From contig OZ245365.1 in assembly GCA_965226495.1 (NCBI GenBank), positions 864,001-928,000 of the forward strand: a DNA stretch of 64,000 nucleotides, read 5' to 3'. The translations under genes were made by a program, and so were the position numbers. This DNA is from Candidatus Marinacidobacterales bacterium (GTDB lineage Bacteria > Acidobacteriota > Vicinamibacteria > Marinacidobacterales > DATDRI01). This document shows, in pieces, positions 1 through 9,471 of this stretch. Within the stretch, counting starts at the first letter, position 1, and each line of letters opens with the position of its first letter. A model generated the notes under the pieces. The model searched no databases and was not told where the DNA came from. It worked only from the letters and a program-made list of their open reading frames with translations.

Positions 1-516
1 CACGAGCAGAGAACCGGGTTCTACGCCGAGGCGGATCAGAAGATCCGCCGTTATCTACTTACTAAGGTGTCGACGTCCGCGGCGACGGGACTTCTAACCG
101 GGATCATTCTAAGTCTGTTCGGTCTCGACCTTGCCTTAGTCTTCGGTGTGCTGGCGTTCTTTCTGAATTTCATCCCATCTGTCGGTTCCATCATCGCGAC
201 CTTGCTTCCGATTCCGATGGCGATGGTTCAATTCGAGAGTTCCTGGATGATCGCGGGCATCATCCTAGTTCCCGGTGCGGTCCAGATGACGATCGGAAAC
301 GGAATTGAGCCCGTGCTGATGGGTGAGGGCCTCGACCTCCATCCGGTGACGATTCTCCTCGCCTTGGTGTTCTGGGGATTGATCTGGGGCGTGGTGGGAA
401 TGTTTTTGGCCGCGCCGATCACCGCCGTCCTGCGAATCGTTTTCGATCGCTTCGAGACGACCCGGCCGGTCGCGGGCTTGTTGGCGGGCCGCCTGCCCGG
501 CGAAGCTGAAGCCTAA
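1..516 (+). CDS. AI-2E family transporter (5'-truncated by window edge)
   Basis: Frame is open from base 1 (HEQRTGFYAEADQKIRRYLLTK...). Hydrophobic protein with LNFIPSVGS and GNGIEPVLMGEGLDLHP...WGVVGMFLAAP motifs typical of the AI-2E/PerM family. Confidence 0.85.
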   Translation, partial: HEQRTGFYAEADQKIRRYLLTKVSTSAATGLLTGIILSLFGLDLALVFGVLAFFLNFIPSVGSIIATLLPIPMAMVQFESSWMIAGIILVPGAVQMTIGNGIEPVLMGEGLDLHPVTILLALVFWGLIWGVVGMFLAAPITAVLRIVFDRFETTRPVAGLLAGRLPGEAEA

Positions 517-750
517 CCTAAGCTTCGATCTGGACCATCGGCCCTGGCGGTGCGTCGCCAAACCTCAGCGGGTCCATCGGACAGCACGAGAGTGCCGGAG
601 CGCTAATCCTGTTTCTTTTTGGCGGCGAGAATTGCCTTGATGAGATCTTCGGGAGCGTCCTCCGGCACTCCTTCATCGGGCTCGGCGAGCGCCGCTTTTT
701 CGGCGGTGAAGACGAATCTTGACGGCGTTTGATAGGCTTGCACCATTACC

Positions 751-3132
751 ATGCGTGGAAGAAAGGTAACGCTTCTCCCAATGCTGCTGGCGCTCGCGGC
801 GGCCTGCAGCGAGTTGCCGAGAAAGCAGCCTGTTTCGCTTCTCGATCCTTCTCTGCCTTCCAGGGAAGTGGTGTTGGAAGGAGAGTCCCGAACTGCGTTT
901 GACGGCTCGAAGCGGGTGTTCCCGCTCAAGGTGCCGCAGAACGCCGTACTCCAGTTCTCGATGGCCGTGTTGGGCACACCCAGCCCCGGTCTGCCTGAGA
1001 CAGAGTTTCTGATCGAGATCGAAGTCGATGGCAGGCGGAGCCGCGCGTTTCGCGAAACCCTTGCTGCACATGGGGAAAATCATTGGAACGATCGCATGGT
1101 TGACCTCAACCCATGGGAGGGGAGAGTGGTCTCGCTGAGATTCACCGCGAGATCTTTGCCGGACACCTCGGGTGGGGAGCATCGGCAGTCACTAGTTCCG
1201 GTTTGGGGAGAGCCGGTCTTAGCGAGTGTCCATGCGCAACCGGTTGGGCAAGCGGTGGCGCTCTTCAATGAGTGGCATCGCCGAGCCGGCCGAACGCGCG
1301 CGGTAGGCGATACAAAGTTCAGCCACGACCGTGGCTTCTATGAGGACCCCCTGGAAGTTACTATCGCCACCGCCACTCCCGGCGCGACCATCGTCTATAC
1401 GACGGACGGCAGTGAGCCGAGCGCGAGCAATGGCATCGTCGGCGACAAGGTTGTTGTGGAAAAAACGACCGTCCTTCGAGCCATGGCGTACAAGCCCGGT
1501 GCGAGGAGCACCAACGTCGACACGCATACCTATTTATTTCCCACGACGGTAAAGAAGCAGGCGACTTTGCCATTCGATTATCCAGCGCCCTTCCGCTCTT
1601 TCAATATGGCTCCGCGCGCAGATCTCGACCTCGAAATCGATCCCGATGTCGTGAACACGAGCAACGAACTGGAGTTCGTGGAAGGATTAACCTCGATCCC
1701 CACACTCTCCGTCGTCATGGACGCGGAGCATCTTTTTGGTGAGAGCCAAGGACTCTACTTTCAGGAGGGCGCACTAACCCGTCCCGCATCGGTTGAGCTC
1801 CTTTATCCCGGGACGTTTCCCGATTTCGAAGGTTTCCAGGTCGATTGTGGAATTAGAGCCCACAGCGTGACACGAGCGAGTGAAAAACGTTCGTTTCGCC
1901 TTATTTTCAATAAAGATTTCGGTCCGGGCATGCTGAGATACCCTTTTTTCGAGAGCGCCGTGCACCACGCCGAGTCTGCGGTGCAAGAGTTCAACACGAT
2001 CGTGCTACGGGCCGGGGGACAAGCAAATTGGTCGAGAGCCGGCCATATCAGCGAGTTGGCGGTCTATGTCCGCGACCAACACGCTCGCGACGCGCAACTT
2101 TCTTTGAGCGGTAACGCCGCGCACGGAATTTTTGTGCATCTCTATCTGAACGGGGTTTACTGGGGGGTGTACAACGCGGTGGAGCGTCCGGATCCTCGAT
2201 TCCTCGCTTCCTATTATGGTGGCGATCCGGCCGCCGACTGGTTTGCCATCAACCAGTCCGGCGCGGTTGGGAACCCGAACCCCCGGTGGCACGGCATGCA
2301 CCGTTATGCGCGTGACAATGTCCTCTCGGATCCGGCGAAGTACGAGGAGATGAAAACCTTATTGGATACCGCCCAGTTTAGTGACTACATCTTGCTCAAT
2401 TGGTTGGCCGGCATGGGGGACTGGGGTGACAAGAATTGGTATGGAGGAATTCGGATTCACCCTCCCGGTTCAGGATTGTATTTCTGCTGGGATTCGGAGA
2501 TCACCTACGGGCTCCTTGCCAATTACGGCCACGCGGGGGCATGGGTTCCGCCTAAGTTCGTATCGGGCGGGACGACCCCGTTGCACAAACTGTGGATGGC
2601 GTTGGCTGACAGCCCGGAATTCAGATTGGAGTTCGCGGATCGCGTCTACCGCGCCTGCTACGACGGCGGCCCGCTCACAGACAGCGTAAGCAAGGCCAAT
2701 TTCCGAAGGCTCGCGGATTATGTGGAGCCGGCGATGCTTTGTGAGTCGGCCCGATGGGGCGACTCCAGTCCCGGCAGAAAAAACAAACCTCGAACGCGAG
2801 ACGTGCATTGGAAAAGATCGAGGGACTACGTCCTCGAATTGATGGACGGAAACGTCGAAAGGTTTATTCAAGCGCTTCGCCGACACTCTTATTACCCTTC
2901 GATCGACCCTCCTGTGTTCGAGCGAACTCCTGATGGCATTACCATCAGCCGCCCGGAGGGAGCGGAAAGAGTCTATTACACGCTCGATGGCCGCGATCCA
3001 CGAGACCCGACGGCGCTCAGTTTCAGTGAAGCCGTTTCTACGGTTCCTTTCTCTCGCAACCTCAAGGGGCGTTCGCGACGAGGCAAGGAGTGGAGTGCCC
3101 TGAACGAATTCGGGATTTGGGGACAAGAGTAA
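751..3132 (+). CDS. Lipoprotein with chitobiase/FN3-associated domains and CotH kinase-family domain
   Basis: Lipobox LAAAC. FSHDRGFY...TIVYTTDGSEP (FN3-associated) is repeated near the C-terminus (VYYTLDGRDP). CotH-type motifs FVHLYLNGVYWGVYNAVER, DWGDKNW and WDSE. Confidence 0.75.
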   Translation: MRGRKVTLLPMLLALAAACSELPRKQPVSLLDPSLPSREVVLEGESRTAFDGSKRVFPLKVPQNAVLQFSMAVLGTPSPGLPETEFLIEIEVDGRRSRAFRETLAAHGENHWNDRMVDLNPWEGRVVSLRFTARSLPDTSGGEHRQSLVPVWGEPVLASVHAQPVGQAVALFNEWHRRAGRTRAVGDTKFSHDRGFYEDPLEVTIATATPGATIVYTTDGSEPSASNGIVGDKVVVEKTTVLRAMAYKPGARSTNVDTHTYLFPTTVKKQATLPFDYPAPFRSFNMAPRADLDLEIDPDVVNTSNELEFVEGLTSIPTLSVVMDAEHLFGESQGLYFQEGALTRPASVELLYPGTFPDFEGFQVDCGIRAHSVTRASEKRSFRLIFNKDFGPGMLRYPFFESAVHHAESAVQEFNTIVLRAGGQANWSRAGHISELAVYVRDQHARDAQLSLSGNAAHGIFVHLYLNGVYWGVYNAVERPDPRFLASYYGGDPAADWFAINQSGAVGNPNPRWHGMHRYARDNVLSDPAKYEEMKTLLDTAQFSDYILLNWLAGMGDWGDKNWYGGIRIHPPGSGLYFCWDSEITYGLLANYGHAGAWVPPKFVSGGTTPLHKLWMALADSPEFRLEFADRVYRACYDGGPLTDSVSKANFRRLADYVEPAMLCESARWGDSSPGRKNKPRTRDVHWKRSRDYVLELMDGNVERFIQALRRHSYYPSIDPPVFERTPDGITISRPEGAERVYYTLDGRDPRDPTALSFSEAVSTVPFSRNLKGRSRRGKEWSALNEFGIWGQE

Positions 3133-3139
3133 CCTAGAT

Positions 3140-5662
3140 TCACTCTTGGCCCAGATCTTCAATCGCCTCTCTTATGGCGTGCGTGGCGCTCTGGTAGTCC
3201 TCGCTCTCCGCGAAATGTAGTGCAGGGCCCATTCGAATATGCACCGCGCCGGTTCGTGGCCAACTATCGTGCAGCGAGTAGATTTCGAACATCCCTTGGT
3301 GGTGGATGGGGATCACCGGAAGTCGGAGTCGAACCGCCATGAGTCCGATACCGTTCTTGAACGGCTTTAGTGTGCCGTCCGGGGAACGTTCACCCTCGGG
3401 GTAAACCAGGGGGCAAAAGCCTCGGTCGACGAGCTCGCCCGTGAATCGGAGTGCCCTTCGCACACCGGTCATCTCGTGAGGAAGGGGGTAGGCGTTGAAG
3501 AGACAAGTGGCCAGATAATACTCGATCATATTTCGCCATCGAGTTTTCAACGGGTGGCCGCTCGGGTCGAAGTAGGCACGGAACCGTTCCTGCATCATGG
3601 CCGGTGCGACCCGATGGCGCCATGGCATTGGCAGGGAAGCCATGATGACCGGCGTATCGAGATGGCTGTTGTGGTTGGCCGCGAAAAGCACGGGCCGCGG
3701 TTGGCCTCGCAAATTCTCGAGCCCGTCGACAGAAAGCTCGATGTAGTGGCGGAGCAGAGGCCAGAACAAGAGCTCCGAGATCGCGGCGCTCGCCCACCTT
3801 ACGGGCCGCGAACGGTCCCAGCGAGGCAATGCTTCGCGTGAAAGAGTCTCGAAAGGCGATTGGGTGGCTGTGGGCCGCTCTCGTTCGAGCCTGGCCCTCA
3901 AAGCGCCGACAGTTTTCGACTCGGAGAGAACCTCCTCGTCTAGGGCGACCCCGTAGGCCTCCTCCAACTGCGACAACAAATCGAGCTGTTCCAGCGAGGA
4001 TAGACCGAGGTCCTCGGAGAGGCGGAGGTCGTCCCGCAGGGTTGCAGCCTCGCGACTCGAGATCTGAGCCAAGATTCCCATGACTTCGGTAGCCGGTCTC
4101 GGCTCCGACGGTGCGGGCTCGACAGCCTGGAGGCGGTTCAGCACTTCGCGACGTTGGATCTTCAAGGTCGAGGCGGTGCGCGGGAAGTCTACATCGGGCC
4201 AAACGCTCCACGAACGAATGCGCTGGTGAGGTTCCAGAGACTCGTTGGCCCGGCGAACGAGGCTTTCGACGTCTCTTTTGGGATCACTCAAGAGAAAGAC
4301 GGCATGTACTTGTTCGTCCCCCTGGCTGGGTAAAGCCAGTACGACGCTCTCTCTCACTTCCGCGAACTGGTTGAGGATCGACTCGACGTCTTGTGGGAAG
4401 ATATTGAGGCCGTCGGCTGTGACGATCACATCTTTCTTTCTGCCCAGGAAGTAGAGCCGTCGATCCTCGTCGATGCGGCCGAGATCCCCCGTGTGTAACC
4501 ACCCTTCATCGTCGACGAAAGTGTCCTGATCGCCTCGCCGCGTCGGTGTTTGCCCCAAGTATTCCGAGACCACGCTTGCTCCCCGAACCAGGATCTCGCC
4601 GTCCGGCGCAATCGCGACTTCTTGATCGCCTACGACTTTTCCGAGCGAGCCTGCGCTCGTGTGGAACGGGTGATTCACGGTAACCACCGGACTCGTCTCG
4701 GTGAGCCCGTAGCCTTGCACGACAACGAAACCCAATCGCCGCCAAAAAGATTCGTCTTCAGTGGACAGCCGCGCCCCTCCTACGACAAGCGCCCAAAATT
4801 TCCAGCCGAGGTCACGGTGGAGCGGCCGGTTGCTCCACCAGCCCTCTTTCGGAGGCGATGGGAGTCGCGGCTCTATCTGGTGCCGCAGATTCTTTAGGAC
4901 TTGGGGGACGCCGACCAACACAGAGACTCGCTCGCGGCGCAGAGTCTCTATGATCGCGCCCGGTTGAAGCTCCTTTACGAATACCGCCGATCCACCGAGG
5001 AGGACGGGAATGAAGAGCCCGAGCGACTGTCCGAAGAGATGGCTCAGGGGAAGCAGGTCGAGAATGCGAATCGGTTGAAAGGGACGGGCGAGTTTCTTGT
5101 ATTTGTCGATCTCTCTAGCGATCGGCGTCAGGTTGGCGCAAAGGTGTCGCTGTCGGTGAACGACACCTTTTGGCACGCCCGTTGTACCTGAGGTGAAAAC
5201 GATCTGAACGACGTCATCTTTCGAGGGTATCGAGGGTCTGACGTCGATGACGTCGTGATCAGCCAAGGCCGCCACGTCCTCGAAGGAAAGTCTCCGAAGT
5301 TTCTCATTTTTCGCCCCATTCGCCGTGACCTGAGCGCCATGCACGAGCCACCGTGCGTTGACCGTTTCTTGAATCCGGGTCATCAGCTCGGGAGAGGATC
5401 GGAAATCCAGAGGGACCACCTCCACACCCCGGGCGATCGCGGCCCAAAAAACGGCGACCCACTCGGGCCGGTTCTCGCCCCACAGGAGCAGGCGATCGCC
5501 CTTGCGTGCTTCTTGGCTGTCGAGAAAATGTACGAATCCAGAAATGTGACGGTAGAGTGCCCGGTAGGAGAGCGTCCAGGTTCGGAAACCGTTGTAATAC
5601 CGGATGGCCTCGCGGCTGCCGAGGCGCTTAATCTCAGGGAAGAGTTCGACGAGCGTTTGCAT
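3140..5662 (-). CDS. Acyl-CoA/acyl-ACP synthetase - ACP - PlsC-type acyltransferase fusion (Aas-like)
   Basis: AMP-binding motifs FTSGTTGVPKG, GYGLTE and TGDLG; carrier domain DLGLSSLEQLDL; acyltransferase motifs NHNSHLD and YPEGER. Confidence 0.85.
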   Translation of the reverse strand: MQTLVELFPEIKRLGSREAIRYYNGFRTWTLSYRALYRHISGFVHFLDSQEARKGDRLLLWGENRPEWVAVFWAAIARGVEVVPLDFRSSPELMTRIQETVNARWLVHGAQVTANGAKNEKLRRLSFEDVAALADHDVIDVRPSIPSKDDVVQIVFTSGTTGVPKGVVHRQRHLCANLTPIAREIDKYKKLARPFQPIRILDLLPLSHLFGQSLGLFIPVLLGGSAVFVKELQPGAIIETLRRERVSVLVGVPQVLKNLRHQIEPRLPSPPKEGWWSNRPLHRDLGWKFWALVVGGARLSTEDESFWRRLGFVVVQGYGLTETSPVVTVNHPFHTSAGSLGKVVGDQEVAIAPDGEILVRGASVVSEYLGQTPTRRGDQDTFVDDEGWLHTGDLGRIDEDRRLYFLGRKKDVIVTADGLNIFPQDVESILNQFAEVRESVVLALPSQGDEQVHAVFLLSDPKRDVESLVRRANESLEPHQRIRSWSVWPDVDFPRTASTLKIQRREVLNRLQAVEPAPSEPRPATEVMGILAQISSREAATLRDDLRLSEDLGLSSLEQLDLLSQLEEAYGVALDEEVLSESKTVGALRARLERERPTATQSPFETLSREALPRWDRSRPVRWASAAISELLFWPLLRHYIELSVDGLENLRGQPRPVLFAANHNSHLDTPVIMASLPMPWRHRVAPAMMQERFRAYFDPSGHPLKTRWRNMIEYYLATCLFNAYPLPHEMTGVRRALRFTGELVDRGFCPLVYPEGERSPDGTLKPFKNGIGLMAVRLRLPVIPIHHQGMFEIYSLHDSWPRTGAVHIRMGPALHFAESEDYQSATHAIREAIEDLGQE

Positions 5663-5864
5663 CGAGCCAAGGCTCCAGCGTGCGCTCGAGCTCCTCGAGT
5701 GGGAGCCACCCTCGGCTTACCGTGGTAAACCGGGCGTCCTCGCGGAGGAGGGTGGAGGGGAATCCACGCGCACCCATCTCTAAAGCGCTGCGGAAGTCCG
5801 CCAGTGAACCCCAACACCATGAGCACATGGGGTGCGCGACGTAGACGAATTCGGTACCGGACAA
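5634..5864 (-). pseudogene. DsbA-family remnant (N-terminal CxxC joined to C-terminal part)
   Basis: TTG at 5864 after GGAAGA. FVYVAHPMCSWCWG is immediately followed by LADFRSALEMGARGFPSTLL...RGWLPLEEL. Only 76 aa, so the central part of a typical DsbA-family protein is absent. Confidence 0.6.
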
Positions 5865-5875
5865 TGTCTCTTCCG

Positions 5876-6238
5876 TCAGGAGCGAAACGAGCCGACCGCG
5901 AGAAGCAGCCAACCTACCAGGAAACCGAGACCACCGATGGGTGTCACCGCACCCCACCACTTGACGCCGGATATCGCGAGCACGTAGAGACTGCCGGAGA
6001 ATACGAGCACCCCGAAAGTGAACGCAACGCCGGCGCCCGTGACCCATTGGCTCGGGTGTGATTCGGAAAGCCACGCCACAACGAAGAGGCCGAGCGAGTG
6101 ATAGAAATGATACCGGACGCCGGTCTCGAAGACTTGGAGCATATCGGCCGATAGACGCGCGCGCAGAGCGTGCGCTCCGAACGCCCCCAGCCCGACAGCG
6201 AAAAACATGAGGACGCTCCCCAGGCGGATCCAGATCAT
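5876..6238 (-). CDS. DUF423 (YgdD/TMEM256) membrane protein
   Basis: AVGLGAFGAHAL, TGVRYHFYH, FSGSLY and GAVTPIGG signatures. Confidence 0.9.
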   Translation of the reverse strand: MIWIRLGSVLMFFAVGLGAFGAHALRARLSADMLQVFETGVRYHFYHSLGLFVVAWLSESHPSQWVTGAGVAFTFGVLVFSGSLYVLAISGVKWWGAVTPIGGLGFLVGWLLLAVGSFRS

Positions 6239-6930
6239 TTCGACCGCGCCTCCATGAGCTCGATCCAGTCGAGTGATGCGAGATCCCCTTGAAACGCCCG
6301 ATGGGTCTTGTGGGCTTGGCAGTAGCGGATTATCAGCTCTCTCTGACCATCGGCCAGCTCCCGGTCTTCCGCAAACTCGACCGGCATCGCGTAGCGGTCG
6401 ATGATGCTCTGAATCTGAGCGCGGTTCTTCCCCTGGCCGGAGCGAAAGACGACGCGGAGCTCTTCCAGATCACAGGTGCCGAGATACCGTACCTCCAGTC
6501 TATGCCAGAGCGTGAGGGTGAGGAAAATGGCACCGGCCAGGGCCAGACCACTGGTTGCGTATCCAACTCCTACGACCATTCCCACCGCGGCAATCACCCA
6601 TATGGAGGCTGCGGTGGTCAAACCGGTGATGCTGCCCCTTTCCCGAAGGATGGCGCCCGCGCCCAAGAAGCCGACCCCGGTTACGATCTGCGCCGCGATG
6701 CGTGAGCGGTCGAGGGCTCCGAAGGCCTCGTCGATGGACATCAACGTAAAGACCGCCGAGCCCAAGCAGATGAGGGTCAAGGTACGCAGCCCGGCGGGCT
6801 TGTCGGCCCGTTCTCTCTCCGCGCCGACAATCGTTCCGCAGACGATGGAAACGATCACCAAAATGAACTCCGAGAACGGAGCGGGAACCACCTCACGAAT
6901 GTCACCGAATATCGTTTGGAGGAGGTCCAT
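6235..6930 (-). CDS. MgtC/SapB family membrane protein
   Basis: GAERERADKPAGLRT, RIAAQIVTGVGFLGAGAI and GLTTAASIW motifs. ATGA overlap with the DUF423 gene. Confidence 0.9.
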   Translation of the reverse strand: MDLLQTIFGDIREVVPAPFSEFILVIVSIVCGTIVGAERERADKPAGLRTLTLICLGSAVFTLMSIDEAFGALDRSRIAAQIVTGVGFLGAGAILRERGSITGLTTAASIWVIAAVGMVVGVGYATSGLALAGAIFLTLTLWHRLEVRYLGTCDLEELRVVFRSGQGKNRAQIQSIIDRYAMPVEFAEDRELADGQRELIIRYCQAHKTHRAFQGDLASLDWIELMEARSK

Positions 6931-7016
6931 GGCGGGTCATGTTACTCCTCAGTTGGGGATGAAGCCAAGCCCTGATAGGATCGGCCGTTATCTTTAATAA
7001 GGAGATTCGACCGAAG

Positions 7017-8090
7017 ATGCCTTCCCGCAGAAGCTTCATAGGGTTGCTGGCGGCTCCCGCCATCGCCGGCCCACTACGTAGAACTATGGTTCGTGAAAGC
7101 GAGTTCGTTCGAACCGGCAATCCCGTACTCGACACTCTGGAGCCGGTGATCACCGGATCCAATCATGTCAGCTTTCATGAGGACAAAGTGAGTCAGGTCG
7201 CCGACTGGATGGCGTACGAGTCCCTTCCATGGCCTGATTTCCGATCCCCACTCAATCCTGAGGGAAATGATCAGGACACGATGGACTTCATCTTCCTTAC
7301 GTCGACCATCAATTTCGCGTTCACAGATTTCGAGACCCACACTATTTACAAGGTCGACTACGCCGGTGGAGAGCAGTGGGACTCTTTGGGTATGGCGGCC
7401 GGCGTGAAGCGTGCCTACGACGATGGGATTCCGATCTTGGAGGGAAGCTACCTGGCAAAGGTGAAGCGGGTGGATCTCGAAAGGATCTTCAGCGGCAACA
7501 TCCCTATTCCAATGTTGGGTGAGCGCTTGGATATCTTTCGTGAAGTGGGCAAAGTGTTGGATGAGCGCTACGACGGGCGTTTCTACAACTTTGTGGAGGC
7601 CGGTCCGCCCCGTTTGTACGCAGACGGTAACGGGTTGCTGGAGCGCTTGTTGGCCGAGTTCCCGTCATTCCGTGATACCAGCATGTACCGTGGTTCCGAG
7701 GTCGCCTTCCAGAAGCGGGCACAGCTCTTGTGGTGGCAGTTACACGGACGGTTTCGGAAGAGCGGCTTCTTCAAACTGGAGGATCCCGAGGAGCTGACCA
7801 TCTTCGCAGACTACATCGTCCCGGTGGCGTTTCGCGTTTTTGGCATGATGTCGTACTCGCCGGAGCTAGAGGCGGCGATCAACGCGCGAAAGATTATTCC
7901 CGCTGACAGTGAAGAGGAAATCGAGATCCGAGCCTTCACGCTTTGGGGAGCACATCGATTGACCCAGGAGATCAACAAACGCCGTCCGCCAGAGCTGCAA
8001 GTCATCGGGCCGGTCGTCGACGGACGGCTTTGGACTCACTATCACGAGACCCATTGGCCTCATCACCTAACGATCACTACCGACTATTGA
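7017..8090 (+). CDS. Queuosine salvage family protein (QNG1/DUF2419-like N-glycosylase) with Tat-like signal
   Basis: INFAF, FPSFRD, FQKRAQL, LTIFADYIVP, EEEIEIRA, DGRLW and terminal HHLTITTDY match Q_salvage motifs. N-terminus MPSRRSFIGLLAAPAIA. RBS AAGGAG. Confidence 0.8.
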   Translation: MPSRRSFIGLLAAPAIAGPLRRTMVRESEFVRTGNPVLDTLEPVITGSNHVSFHEDKVSQVADWMAYESLPWPDFRSPLNPEGNDQDTMDFIFLTSTINFAFTDFETHTIYKVDYAGGEQWDSLGMAAGVKRAYDDGIPILEGSYLAKVKRVDLERIFSGNIPIPMLGERLDIFREVGKVLDERYDGRFYNFVEAGPPRLYADGNGLLERLLAEFPSFRDTSMYRGSEVAFQKRAQLLWWQLHGRFRKSGFFKLEDPEELTIFADYIVPVAFRVFGMMSYSPELEAAINARKIIPADSEEEIEIRAFTLWGAHRLTQEINKRRPPELQVIGPVVDGRLWTHYHETHWPHHLTITTDY

Positions 8091-8104
8091 AAGGGGATTC
8101 GAGC

Positions 8105-9367
8105 ATGAACAATCCAGCGCCTCTTCGACCATCTTGGTGTCGATTCGTCCTGCTGTTCACCGCGCTTGGTATGGGATTGGGGGCCTGCGACGAGGCGAGC
8201 GAGATGGAGATCTCGACTACCGAGGTGGCCCCGCCGCTCAGTCAGAAAGAGAGAGCGGGACAGCTCGCTCAGGAAATCATCATCGCCGATACGCACATCG
8301 ACGTACCGTACCGATTGGCCGAGAAGATGGAAGACATCTCCACCAGAACCGAGGGAGGTGACTTCGACTACCCCAGGGCCAAAGAGGGTGGTCTCGATCT
8401 CGCCTTCATGTCCATCTACGTGCCCGCCGACCATCAGGGGACCGGTGACGCCAAAGGTGTCGCGGATCGGCTCATCGATATGGTCGAGAAATTCGCCGCC
8501 GACTGGCCCGACAAGTTCGCGATCGCGACCTCGGTGGCCGACGTCAGACAACAGTTTGCTCAGGGTAAGATTTCGCTCGCGTTAGGTATGGAAAACGGCG
8601 CACCCATAGAAACCATCGAAGATCTCCTTCATTTCTACAACCGGGGGATTCGGTACATCACACTCACGCACTCTAGGGTCAACCAGCTCTCCGATTCTTC
8701 TTTTGACGTCAATCGCCAGTGGAATGGATTGAGCCCGTTCGGCAAGGAAGTCGTCGCGGAAATGAACCGCCTCGGTATCATCGTCGACGTCTCGCATATT
8801 TCCGACGAGGCCTTCTATCAGGTGATGGAGCTCTCGACGGCTCCGGTGATCGCTTCTCATTCTTCGAGTCGACACTTCACGCCAGGTTTCGAGCGCAACA
8901 TGAGCGATGCGATGATCCAGAAACTAGGCGAGAATGGTGGGAGCATCGATATCAATTTCGGGTCTTCGTTCCTCGTCGATTCGATTCGGCAGGGTGAGAT
9001 GGGGATTCGGAAATACTTCCAGGAGAACAAAGTGCGCCCGGATTCCGATGAAGGGAAAGAGTACGTCCAAAGGTATCGGGAGAAGACGGGTCTCGGCTAC
9101 GCCGACGTCAGCGATGTGATGGCTCATGTCGATCGCGCCGTCAAGCTCGCAGGAATCGACCATGTGGGGCTGGGCTCGGACTTCGACGGGGTGGGGGACT
9201 CCCTCCCAACGGGTCTCAAGGATGTCTCCTTCTATCCCAACCTTATTTATGAGCTCCTGAAGAAGGGGTACTCCGAAGAGGACATCGCGAAGATCTGCTC
9301 CGGAAACGTGCTGCGCGTGTGGTCCGAAGTGGAGCGGAGGGCGGAGGAACTCCAGGCGAGCGAGTGA
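8105..9367 (+). CDS. Membrane dipeptidase (peptidase M19) lipoprotein
   Basis: DTHID, GMENG, YITLTH, DVSH, ASHS and GLGSDFDG motifs; lipobox LGAC. Start reassigned to ATG 8105 (in frame). Confidence 0.88.
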   Translation: MNNPAPLRPSWCRFVLLFTALGMGLGACDEASEMEISTTEVAPPLSQKERAGQLAQEIIIADTHIDVPYRLAEKMEDISTRTEGGDFDYPRAKEGGLDLAFMSIYVPADHQGTGDAKGVADRLIDMVEKFAADWPDKFAIATSVADVRQQFAQGKISLALGMENGAPIETIEDLLHFYNRGIRYITLTHSRVNQLSDSSFDVNRQWNGLSPFGKEVVAEMNRLGIIVDVSHISDEAFYQVMELSTAPVIASHSSSRHFTPGFERNMSDAMIQKLGENGGSIDINFGSSFLVDSIRQGEMGIRKYFQENKVRPDSDEGKEYVQRYREKTGLGYADVSDVMAHVDRAVKLAGIDHVGLGSDFDGVGDSLPTGLKDVSFYPNLIYELLKKGYSEEDIAKICSGNVLRVWSEVERRAEELQASE

Positions 9368-9471
9368 TAGGAGCGGCGGAATGGGAAAATCCATTTTTGG
9401 TCCGGCCATGGCGCTTCTCGTTGTCGTTCTCTGGCCGTGGGTGAGCGCTAGCTCGAGGAGACGCCGGAAAC

